From NCBI GenBank assembly GCA_046351535.1, contig JAXLYG010000005.1, forward strand, positions 20,163-84,162: 64,000 nucleotides of DNA. The letters are read 5' to 3'. Below, one piece after another: positions 54,335 through 61,722 of this stretch. The notes beneath the pieces are model-generated. The model saw nothing but the letters and a program-made list of their open reading frames with translations, was not told the DNA's origin and searched no databases. The position numbers and the translations under genes were made by a program. Position 1 is the stretch's first letter, and every line of letters begins with the position of its first letter. This DNA comes from Polyangiales bacterium. GTDB taxonomy: Bacteria; Myxococcota_A; Polyangia; Polyangiales; Ga0077539.

Positions 54335-57118
54335 ATGCGACTTATCAGTGCCTCCGCGGTCCTCACGCTCGCGCTCTCGCCCTTCGGTTGCACAGACACA
54401 TCGACGGGTACGCCCGCGGACTCGGGCCTCGACGCGCCGCGCGACACCCTCGACGAACGCCCCACGCTGCCTCCGTACGTCGACCCCTACGCGTGCCCGA
54501 GCACCCGCGACGAGCTGCCCGCCCTCGATGATCCGCTCGACGCGGCGGAGGCGCGCGCGGGGACCATCCGCAACGAGGCCGAGCTCATCGGCGGAGAGGG
54601 CGCAGCGGGCCGCGTCGGTCACCTCAAGATCTACAACAGCCGCGTGCGCTTCGTGGTGCAGGGCCGCGTCGGCACGACGGGGTCATCGCGCGCCATCGGA
54701 TACAGCCTCTACGGCGGCAACGTGATCGACGCCGACCGCGCGAGGCCCCGCGGCGCGCAGGGTCAAGACGTGTTCCGCGAGACCTTTCCTGCGTTCGCGT
54801 TCCGCGTGTCGACGGTCGACGAGGTGGCCGTCGCGTGCGACGGATCGAACGGACGCCCCGCGGCGATCCGCGTGGTGGGCGTCGACGCGCCGAGCCGCAT
54901 CCTCGGGATCCTCGACAACCTCTCGCGCGAGCAGGGTGTGCGGATGGTCACCCACTACGTGCTCCGCCCCGACAGCGACGTGCTCGAGATCATCACCGAG
55001 GCGCAGTCGCTCGACGGCTGGTCGATCAGCAACTCGGCCGCGGGAGACTTCCTCGGCTTCGGCTCGGCGCTCTCGCTCTTCAACGGCGAGACGGGCTTCG
55101 GCAACATCGCGCGCGCCTCGATGCCGCTCACCTGGCTCGCCGCCGTGAGCGACCCCGGCGAGGGAGACCGCCACGTCTCCTACGCCATCGCGCCCTCCGA
55201 GGGACCCATGAGCGTCCCCGTCGTCGACGCGTCGGGCACCGTGGGCCTCTACAACGCCGTCAACGCCGCGAAGGGAGCGCCCGCGCGCTTCACCCGCTAC
55301 CTCTCCGTCGGCGGCGGCGACGTGGCCTCCGCCGTCGAGCCCATCCTCCGCGCGCGCCACGAGCCCTTCGGCGTCGTCACCGGACGCACCACTTCGAACG
55401 CCCTCGTCTACGCCTACCGCGACGCGTACACCGTCGGCGCCAACGCGCGCTCCATCGCCCGCGCGCAGATGGACGGCTCGTATCGCATGGCGCTCCCGCC
55501 GGGCACCTACGCGATCACCGCCGTCGACGAGGGCGTCACGCGCGCCGCGCCCGTGATGGTCACCGTGACCGCCGACGGGATGGCCACGGCGAATCCCACC
55601 ACCGGGTCGTCGGGCACGATCGCGCTCGACCTCGGCGTGCTCGACGCGATGGGAGCCCGCGTGCGCGCGCCCGTGAAGGTCAGCCTCCGCGGCGTCGACG
55701 TCGAGGCCCCCGACGACGCGATGGGCGAGCTCGAAGGCGAGCGCGAGTCCTTCGGTCTGCACCGCGCGATCTTCAGCCTCACGGGGCAGGAGCGCTACGC
55801 CGTGAAGCCCGGCCGCTACCGCGCGACCGTCTCACGCGGCGACGAGTACGACGTGGCCACCGCCGAGGTGACCGTGGCCGCGGGCGGAGAGGCCACGCTG
55901 CGCGCCGACGTGCGACGCGTGGTCGACACCGCGGGGATGATCTCCGTCGACCTGCACCAGCACACGGTGGGCAGCATCGACTCGCCGCGCGCCCTCTGCG
56001 GACGCGTGCTCGAGAACGTCGCCGAGGGGCTCGAGTTCGCGGCCACGACCGACCACGACAACGTCACCGACTTCGCGCCGTGCATCCGGTCGCAGAACCT
56101 CGGCGCGTGGTTCAACGCGATGCGCGGCAACGAGATCTCCGTCGTGGGCCTCGGCCACTTCAACGCGTACCCGCTCGTGGTCGACCCCGCCGATCCCTTC
56201 GCGCTCATCGGCGCGCAGTACTGGGCGGGCCTCGACGCGCAGCAGCTCTTCGACAAGGTGCGCCGCGAGGCGGGCGGTCCGCTCCTCCACGTGTCGCACC
56301 CGCGCTCCAACGGCTTCAAGGGGTACTTCACGTCGATCAACCTCGACCCCGTGAACCTCACGGGCCGCGTCGCCCTCGCGCGCAACTGGGAGGCGATGGA
56401 GGTCAACGAGTCCTTCGGCACGCCCGAGCAGTACACCGCGGCGTCTGACGCGACGCTCTCGGCGCTCGCGCGGAGAGACGCCTCGGCGATCCCGACGCTG
56501 CGCGACTTCTTCTCGTTCATCTCGCGCGGCGATCACGTCTGCGCGCTCGGCAACAGCGACACGCACGGCCGCAACAACGGCTCGGGGTGGCCGCACAACC
56601 TGGTGATGGTCGGCGAAGACCGCCCCGATCAGGTGACGCCCGCGGCGATCACCACGGCGATCCGCGCGCAGCGGGTGCTCGTCTCGAACGGCATCGTGGT
56701 GCGCATCCGGTCGGGCGGCGCGGTGCACATGGGCGCGGGCGACGTCGTGCGCGCCACGGGCGGAACCGTCGACCTCGAGCTCGACGTGCAGGCCGCGCCG
56801 TGGGTCGACGTGCGCTCGCTGGTGCTCTTCGAAAACGGCCGTCCGCTCGCGCTCACGAGCGACGGACGCGGCGGCCTCGACGCTTCGAACACGGTCGGCG
56901 CCGCGGGCTGGGGCATCGCGCTCGACGCGACGTCACCGGGTCGCTCGGGCGTCACGCGGCTGCGCGCCACGGTGCATCTGCGACCGACGCGCGACAGCCA
57001 CTACCTCGCGCTCGCGCGCGGCGGATCGCTCGCGCCCGTCGGGGCAGGGGACGCCTTCGGTTACACCAACCCCGTCTACGTCGACGTCGACGGGAACGGC
57101 TGGCAGCCCGCGATGTGA
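54335..57118 (+). CDS. Lipoprotein with carboxypeptidase-regulatory-like domains and a PHP (CehA/McbA-type) metallohydrolase domain
   Basis: Signal/lipobox MRLISASAVLTLALSPFGC. 927 aa. PHP motifs SVDLHQHTVGSIDS, ATTDHDNV, GNEIS, GNSDTHG. Confidence 0.75.
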   Translation: MRLISASAVLTLALSPFGCTDTSTGTPADSGLDAPRDTLDERPTLPPYVDPYACPSTRDELPALDDPLDAAEARAGTIRNEAELIGGEGAAGRVGHLKIYNSRVRFVVQGRVGTTGSSRAIGYSLYGGNVIDADRARPRGAQGQDVFRETFPAFAFRVSTVDEVAVACDGSNGRPAAIRVVGVDAPSRILGILDNLSREQGVRMVTHYVLRPDSDVLEIITEAQSLDGWSISNSAAGDFLGFGSALSLFNGETGFGNIARASMPLTWLAAVSDPGEGDRHVSYAIAPSEGPMSVPVVDASGTVGLYNAVNAAKGAPARFTRYLSVGGGDVASAVEPILRARHEPFGVVTGRTTSNALVYAYRDAYTVGANARSIARAQMDGSYRMALPPGTYAITAVDEGVTRAAPVMVTVTADGMATANPTTGSSGTIALDLGVLDAMGARVRAPVKVSLRGVDVEAPDDAMGELEGERESFGLHRAIFSLTGQERYAVKPGRYRATVSRGDEYDVATAEVTVAAGGEATLRADVRRVVDTAGMISVDLHQHTVGSIDSPRALCGRVLENVAEGLEFAATTDHDNVTDFAPCIRSQNLGAWFNAMRGNEISVVGLGHFNAYPLVVDPADPFALIGAQYWAGLDAQQLFDKVRREAGGPLLHVSHPRSNGFKGYFTSINLDPVNLTGRVALARNWEAMEVNESFGTPEQYTAASDATLSALARRDASAIPTLRDFFSFISRGDHVCALGNSDTHGRNNGSGWPHNLVMVGEDRPDQVTPAAITTAIRAQRVLVSNGIVVRIRSGGAVHMGAGDVVRATGGTVDLELDVQAAPWVDVRSLVLFENGRPLALTSDGRGGLDASNTVGAAGWGIALDATSPGRSGVTRLRATVHLRPTRDSHYLALARGGSLAPVGAGDAFGYTNPVYVDVDGNGWQPAM

Positions 57119-57125
57119 GCGCGTC

Positions 57126-57440
57126 TCACGCGGGATACGCTTGCACGATCTCGAGGCGCGGTCGCTCGATGTGCTGCACGCGCGAGGTCACGAGGTCGCG
57201 CTCGCCGTGGCGAAAGTAGATCGCGTCGCCCACGCGCGGCTCGTCGAGCACCGGGAGCACGCCCGAGTCTTGATAGCGCAGCGCGCCTTCGAGCGTGCGC
57301 CCGAGCGCGGGATGCACCTCGCACCACGCGTCGTTGCGGCGGTCTCGCACGCCCACGCAGACGCCCGCGCGGACGTGGTACTCGGTGTTGCGGGTCACAT
57401 ACACGCGATGGATGCGGCGCTCGGTCCCCTTGTATCCCAT
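57126..57440 (-). CDS. Small hypothetical protein (104 aa)
   Basis: ATG at 57440 is preceded by AGGAGAG. The protein begins MGYKGTERRIHRVYVTRNTEYHV... It has an RRxxxR-like motif, but I could not find the second PilZ motif, so no family call is made. Confidence 0.6.
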   Translation of the reverse strand: MGYKGTERRIHRVYVTRNTEYHVRAGVCVGVRDRRNDAWCEVHPALGRTLEGALRYQDSGVLPVLDEPRVGDAIYFRHGERDLVTSRVQHIERPRLEIVQAYPA

Positions 57441-57517
57441 TGGACGCTCTCCTGTACGGGAGACACTGTCGGGCGAGGGGTTCGGGGGCGTCCACTTTCG
57501 GGCGGCGATTAGGCTAC

Positions 57518-57747
57518 CTCTACTGTCCCGGACGAGCGCTGCGTTTCTCATCGCCGCGCGAAACACGCGGCAGGGAAGGCAGTTCGAGATCGATTCGAAT
57601 GAAGTCCCCGCCCGCGGACTCGCGCACGAGGCTCCGATTGGGAGTCCTGCGAAGCGGGACTTTTCGCAGGATGCTCACAAAATGCTTTCCCTGCCGCGTG
57701 TTTCAACACGCGGCGTGAAGGCCCAGGCTTCATCCGGGACAGTAGAG
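57518..57747. repeat. 230-bp near-perfect palindromic element (MITE-like, or a rod-shaped structured RNA)
   Basis: Perfect 15-bp terminal inverted repeats: CTCTACTGTCCCGGA at 57518-57532 and TCCGGGACAGTAGAG at 57733-57747. A second helix pairs 57560-57581 with 57683-57704 (22 bp, one G-T). A 10-bp helix pairs 57548-57558 with 57709-57718. A bulged apical helix pairs 57601-57621 with 57642-57665. CTAC occurs immediately outside both ends (57514-57517 and 57748-57751). Confidence 0.5.
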
Positions 57748-58554
57748 CTACGGAGCGGGCGGCGGCTCCGCGGGCGGCGGCTCCGCGGCGTTCTCTTCGA
57801 CCTCGGTGGTGAGCGCGGCCTCGAGCCACCGGGCGAGGCGCGCGCTCTGCTGCGCGTGCAGCGTGGCGCGGGCGCGGATGCTCTGCACGTAGCGCCGCGC
57901 GGCGGCGAACTCGGCGGCGTACGCGGGCGCCTCGGCGCGGGCCTCGCCGTCGTCGCTCAACACCGGCGGGAGCTCCCTCACGAGGAGCGACGCGCAGCGC
58001 TGCGTGGCCTCGGCGTCGCGGAGCACGCGGTCGATCACGGCGAGGAGCGGCGCGAGCCCCGGGGCCTCGGCGTTGGGGGTGAGCGTGAGCGACACGTCGC
58101 GCTCGACGTCGTGAAAGCGGTCGTCGATGGCGGACAGCGCGGCGCGCTCGCTGGCCGCGGGCGCGAGCACGGCGGCGAGCCACGCGCGCTCCTTCTCCTC
58201 GTCGGGGGGAGCGCCCTCGGGGCCGCGGTCGAAGTGGACCCGCACGCGCGTCACGCCGGCGCCGCGGAGCGCGTCCCGCAGCGCGTTCTCGAGGTCGGGC
58301 GCCTCCGCGTTGGGGAGGCGACCGAGCGCGCGAGAGAGGTCGGCCATGAGGTCCGCGCGGCGGAGGTCGACGTCGGCGAAGGCGTGCTGACACCCGCGAA
58401 CGGCTGAGAAATACGAGTCCGCGTGGGGTCGCTGCGTCACCACGAGCTGCTCGCGGTTCACGCGCGTGACGCGCGAGCCCGCGAAGGGATCAGAGCTGCA
58501 ACTGCACAGCGCAGCGGCGCACGCAAGCGCTGAGAATGCGTCGCGGAGGTTCAT
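57748..58554 (-). CDS. Lipoprotein, function unknown
   Basis: ATG at 58554. Signal/lipobox MNLRDAFSALACAAALCSCSS. 268 aa. The TAG stop lies inside the right-hand CTAC flanking the palindromic element. Confidence 0.7.
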   Translation of the reverse strand: MNLRDAFSALACAAALCSCSSDPFAGSRVTRVNREQLVVTQRPHADSYFSAVRGCQHAFADVDLRRADLMADLSRALGRLPNAEAPDLENALRDALRGAGVTRVRVHFDRGPEGAPPDEEKERAWLAAVLAPAASERAALSAIDDRFHDVERDVSLTLTPNAEAPGLAPLLAVIDRVLRDAEATQRCASLLVRELPPVLSDDGEARAEAPAYAAEFAAARRYVQSIRARATLHAQQSARLARWLEAALTTEVEENAAEPPPAEPPPAP

Positions 58555-58742
58555 CGTGCGTGACGGGGAGTACACGCGCGACGACATCCGCGGACAACAA
58601 AATACAAGTTGGCGACAACTTCGACAGAGCCCGAAGGCTATTGAATCCAGCGGAAATCGCGAGGTGTCGGAAAGGTGCATCACACGCCCGAGCGGCGGTA
58701 GAGACGCGCCACGAACCGATCCCAGAGGACGCTGAGGAACTG

Positions 58743-60263
58743 ATGACCACGCTGCTGATCGCCGTCCCGTACCTGACCGTGCTCCTGCTGCTGGTGCTCT
58801 ATGGTCTGCACCGCAGCCAGCTCGTGTGGCTGTTGTGGAAGCACCGCACCGAGCTCCCGCCGGCTCCGCCCTGTCAGCTCCCCGAGGCCGAGCTCCCGCA
58901 CGTGACCGTTCAGCTCCCGCTCTTCAACGAGCCCGACGTGCTCGAGCGCCTGCTCGAGTGTGTCGCTCGCATCGACTACCCCCGCGACAAGTTCGAGATC
59001 CAGGTCCTCGACGACAGCACCGACGACACGCGCGAGCGCTCCAAGGCCAAGGTCGCCGACCTCGTGCGCCGCGGCATCGACGCGGTGTACATCCACCGCA
59101 CCGACCGCACGGGCTACAAGGCCGGCGCGCTCGACAACGGGCTCAAGTACGCCAAGGGCTCGCTCGTCGCGGTCTTCGACGCCGACTTCCTCCCGCAGCC
59201 GTCGTTCCTCCGCACGGTGGTGCACCACTTCGCGGACCCGAAGGTGGGCTGCGTGCAGGCGCGCTGGGGCCACCTCAACCGCGAGACCTCGATCCTCACG
59301 CGCGTGCAGGCGCTCATGCTCGACGGTCACCACATGGTCGAGAACCGCGCGCGCTTCGCGGCGGGTCGCTTCTTCAACTTCTCGGGCACCGGCGGCATCT
59401 GGCGCCGCGAGGCCATCGGCGACGCGGGCGGCTGGCAGCACGACACGCTCACCGAAGACCTCGACCTCTCGTACCGCGCGCAGACCGCGGGCTGGCGCTT
59501 CGTCTACCGCGAGGATCACGTCACCCCCGCCGAGCTCCCCGAGGAGATGGAGGCGTTCCGCGCGCAGCAGTTCCGCTGGGCCAAGGGCACCGTGCAGACC
59601 GCGCGCAAGCTCCTCTCGAAGGTGTGGAGCGCGAAGCACCTCAACCGCAACATCCGCCTCGAGGCGGTGTTCCACATGACGCCGCACTTCGCGTACCCGC
59701 TGATGATGCTGCTCGCGGTGTTCCTCCTCCCGATGCTGCTCATCATGCCCGTGAGCGATCCGGTCTCGCTGCTCCTCGTCGACATCCCCCTCATGGTCGG
59801 CTCGACGGGCTCGCTCGCGACCTTCTACATGGTCGCCGAGCGCGCGCAGGGCCGCACCGCCCTCGGCGCCCTCCGCCGCCTCCCCTGGCTCCTCGCCATC
59901 GGCGCGGGCATGTCTCCGTACCTCACGCGCGCCGTGTGGGAGGGCCTCCAGGCCGAGACCGGCGAGTTCGTCCGCACGCCCAAGAAGGGCCAGAGCGCGC
60001 GCTCGGGCCGCTACCGCGCCCGCACGATCCTCCCCGTCATCGAGATCGTGCTCCTCCTCGAGAGCATCGTGTCGGTGTACACCGCGCTCACGACGGGCCA
60101 CTACATCGCCGCGCCCTTCGCGCTCCTCTACGTGATGGGCTTCGGCTACGTCTCGTACTCGGTGATCACCGAGCGCATGGCCGCCGTCGCCGCCGCCGAA
60201 GCGCGCCGCCCGCAGCCCGTCGCCGCCACCGCCGAAGAGGCGACCGAGTCCGTCGCGGCCTGA
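58743..60263 (+). CDS. Processive family 2 glycosyltransferase (cellulose-synthase/CslA-like beta-glycan synthase)
   Basis: ATG at 58743, 506 aa, with an N-terminal TM segment and 4 or more C-terminal TM segments. Motifs VLDDSTDDT, VFDADF, TEDLDLS and QQFRWAKG (QxxRW). Confidence 0.85.
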   Translation: MTTLLIAVPYLTVLLLLVLYGLHRSQLVWLLWKHRTELPPAPPCQLPEAELPHVTVQLPLFNEPDVLERLLECVARIDYPRDKFEIQVLDDSTDDTRERSKAKVADLVRRGIDAVYIHRTDRTGYKAGALDNGLKYAKGSLVAVFDADFLPQPSFLRTVVHHFADPKVGCVQARWGHLNRETSILTRVQALMLDGHHMVENRARFAAGRFFNFSGTGGIWRREAIGDAGGWQHDTLTEDLDLSYRAQTAGWRFVYREDHVTPAELPEEMEAFRAQQFRWAKGTVQTARKLLSKVWSAKHLNRNIRLEAVFHMTPHFAYPLMMLLAVFLLPMLLIMPVSDPVSLLLVDIPLMVGSTGSLATFYMVAERAQGRTALGALRRLPWLLAIGAGMSPYLTRAVWEGLQAETGEFVRTPKKGQSARSGRYRARTILPVIEIVLLLESIVSVYTALTTGHYIAAPFALLYVMGFGYVSYSVITERMAAVAAAEARRPQPVAATAEEATESVAA

Positions 60264-60319
60264 TCGCCGCTCCTCTCCTCCCGCCTCGTCCGCCTCCCAG
60301 CACTCCCCCACCACCAGCC

Positions 60320-60343
60320 CCTACGCAGACGACGGCGCGTAGG
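60320..60343. terminator. Hairpin between convergent genes
   Basis: CCTACGC-N10-GCGTAGG (7-bp stem). No U tract follows. Confidence 0.3.
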
Positions 60344-60400
60344 CGCCGCACGCGCACGCGTTCGCCCGCAGCGTCGACACACCCGCGCGCGCGCATGTAC

Positions 60401-60430
60401 GGACGTCGGTACGCCCACGTACCGACATCC
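60401..60430. terminator. Strong hairpin between convergent genes (candidate bidirectional terminator)
   Basis: GTCGGTACG-ccca-CGTACCGAC is a 9-bp stem with a 4-nt loop. It extends by 3 further pairs after one mismatch. No U tract on either strand. Confidence 0.35.
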
Positions 60431-60458
60431 GCACACGGCGCGGACCGCTGACAGACTG

Positions 60459-61685
60459 TTACGCGACGGCTTCGGCGAGCGCTGCGACGAGCGCGGGGAC
60501 ATCGGCCTGCGCGACGCCGCACAGCGCCACGCGCAGCGCGCCCGACTGGGGAACGGTGAACACCCCGCGGGCCTTGAGCTTCTCCGCGGCGGACTTCACG
60601 TCGCGCGCGAACACGGTGACGAAGAAGCCTCCGTCGTAGCGCGGATAGCGCAGCCCCGTCCCCTCGGCGGCGCGGTTGAACGCGTCGACGCGCGCCGCGA
60701 GGAGCGCCACGAGGCGCGCGCGCTCGGCGTCGACCTGCGCGCGCAGCGTCGCGTCCGAGAGGCAGCGCGCGACGGCGTACTGACCCGCGGCGTTGCAGTT
60801 GCTCCACGTGCCGCGGCAGGCCCACGAGAGCGCGCGGCCGATGGCGTTGCGCGTGTCGGCGTCGGCGGTGCAGGCCACGAGCGCGCCGATGCGCTGGCCG
60901 TACTGCGTGAACGACTTGCTGCCCGACCACGCGAAGAGCACCGCGGCCCGCTCCGTGAGGGGCTCGAGGTGCTTGAGGAACGAGCGCTGATCCTTCGCGT
61001 ACGCGAGGTAGGCCACGTCGGCGAGCACCGCCGTCGGCACCTTCGCGGATTGCTCGCGCACGATGCCCGCGACGGCGGTCCACTCGTCGCGGGTCATCGA
61101 GTAGCCCGTGGGGTTGTGACAGGGGTCGTTGAGAAAGACGAGCAGCCGGCCCTGCTTCGCCGCGGTCTCGGCGAGCGTGCGTTCGAAGGCCGCGAGGTCG
61201 ATGCCGCCGCGCTCGGAGAAGTTGTTGAACGTCACGACGCCGCGCTCGTGCTCGTCGGCCAGCGTCGCGTACGGCCCCCAGTAGAACGACGACGTCACCA
61301 TCGACTGCTTGTGCTCGAGGAACACCGACAGCGCGTGGCGCAGCGCGCCCGTTCCGCCCGGCGTCGAGCAGGCCACGGCCTGGTCCGCGAGCGACGTTCC
61401 GCCGAGGAGATCCTTCGTCACCGCGGAGAGGAACTCCGGCGCGCCCGCGATGGGCGCGTAGGCCGCGGCCTTGAGCGCGGGCACCTCGCGCAGCGCGGTC
61501 ACCACCGAGGGGAGCACCGCGAGCGTGCCGTCGTCTTCGAGGAGCGCGCCGACCGTCGCGTTGATGACCTTCTCCCCCGTCGCGCGGCGCTGCGTGGCCT
61601 CGCGGTTGAGGGCGAAGATGGGGTCGTCTCCAGGGCGGCTCGCGTTGCGTTCAGGGAGGAGGTTCACGGCCGAATTGATTGCCAC
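60459..61685 (-). CDS. Class I aspartate/aromatic-amino-acid aminotransferase (AspC/TyrB-like)
   Basis: GTG at 61685 (alternative GTG at 61667). The PLP-Lys context SGSKSFTQYGQRIGAL matches E. coli AspC SYSKNFGLYNERVG. The N-terminus ..GDDPIFALNREA is also typical. Confidence 0.85.
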   Translation of the reverse strand: MAINSAVNLLPERNASRPGDDPIFALNREATQRRATGEKVINATVGALLEDDGTLAVLPSVVTALREVPALKAAAYAPIAGAPEFLSAVTKDLLGGTSLADQAVACSTPGGTGALRHALSVFLEHKQSMVTSSFYWGPYATLADEHERGVVTFNNFSERGGIDLAAFERTLAETAAKQGRLLVFLNDPCHNPTGYSMTRDEWTAVAGIVREQSAKVPTAVLADVAYLAYAKDQRSFLKHLEPLTERAAVLFAWSGSKSFTQYGQRIGALVACTADADTRNAIGRALSWACRGTWSNCNAAGQYAVARCLSDATLRAQVDAERARLVALLAARVDAFNRAAEGTGLRYPRYDGGFFVTVFARDVKSAAEKLKARGVFTVPQSGALRVALCGVAQADVPALVAALAEAVA

Positions 61686-61722
61686 AGAACGCGCGAGCCT
61701 GTCACTACGCGCGATGCGGCGA

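Noticed and set aside
57582-57600. TTCGAGA/TTCGAAT strings resembling a tRNA T-loop.
   Set aside because: There are no flanking T-stem complements, no acceptor or anticodon arms, and no CCA context on either strand.
57518-57747. Retron msr/msd ncRNA, considered because this is a myxobacterial context with flanking inverted repeats.
   Set aside because: No reverse transcriptase gene is adjacent; the neighbours are a 104-aa protein and a lipoprotein. The inverted repeats are far longer and more extensive than retron a1/a2 stems.
57518-57747. 6S RNA (closing stem, central bubble and apical stem architecture).
   Set aside because: This is neither established nor fully excluded. The element is longer than typical 6S. 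Its stems are perfect at the DNA level rather than showing RNA-type wobble. There is no ygfA-type neighbour, and I cannot run a covariance model. It is kept only as an alternative within the finding.
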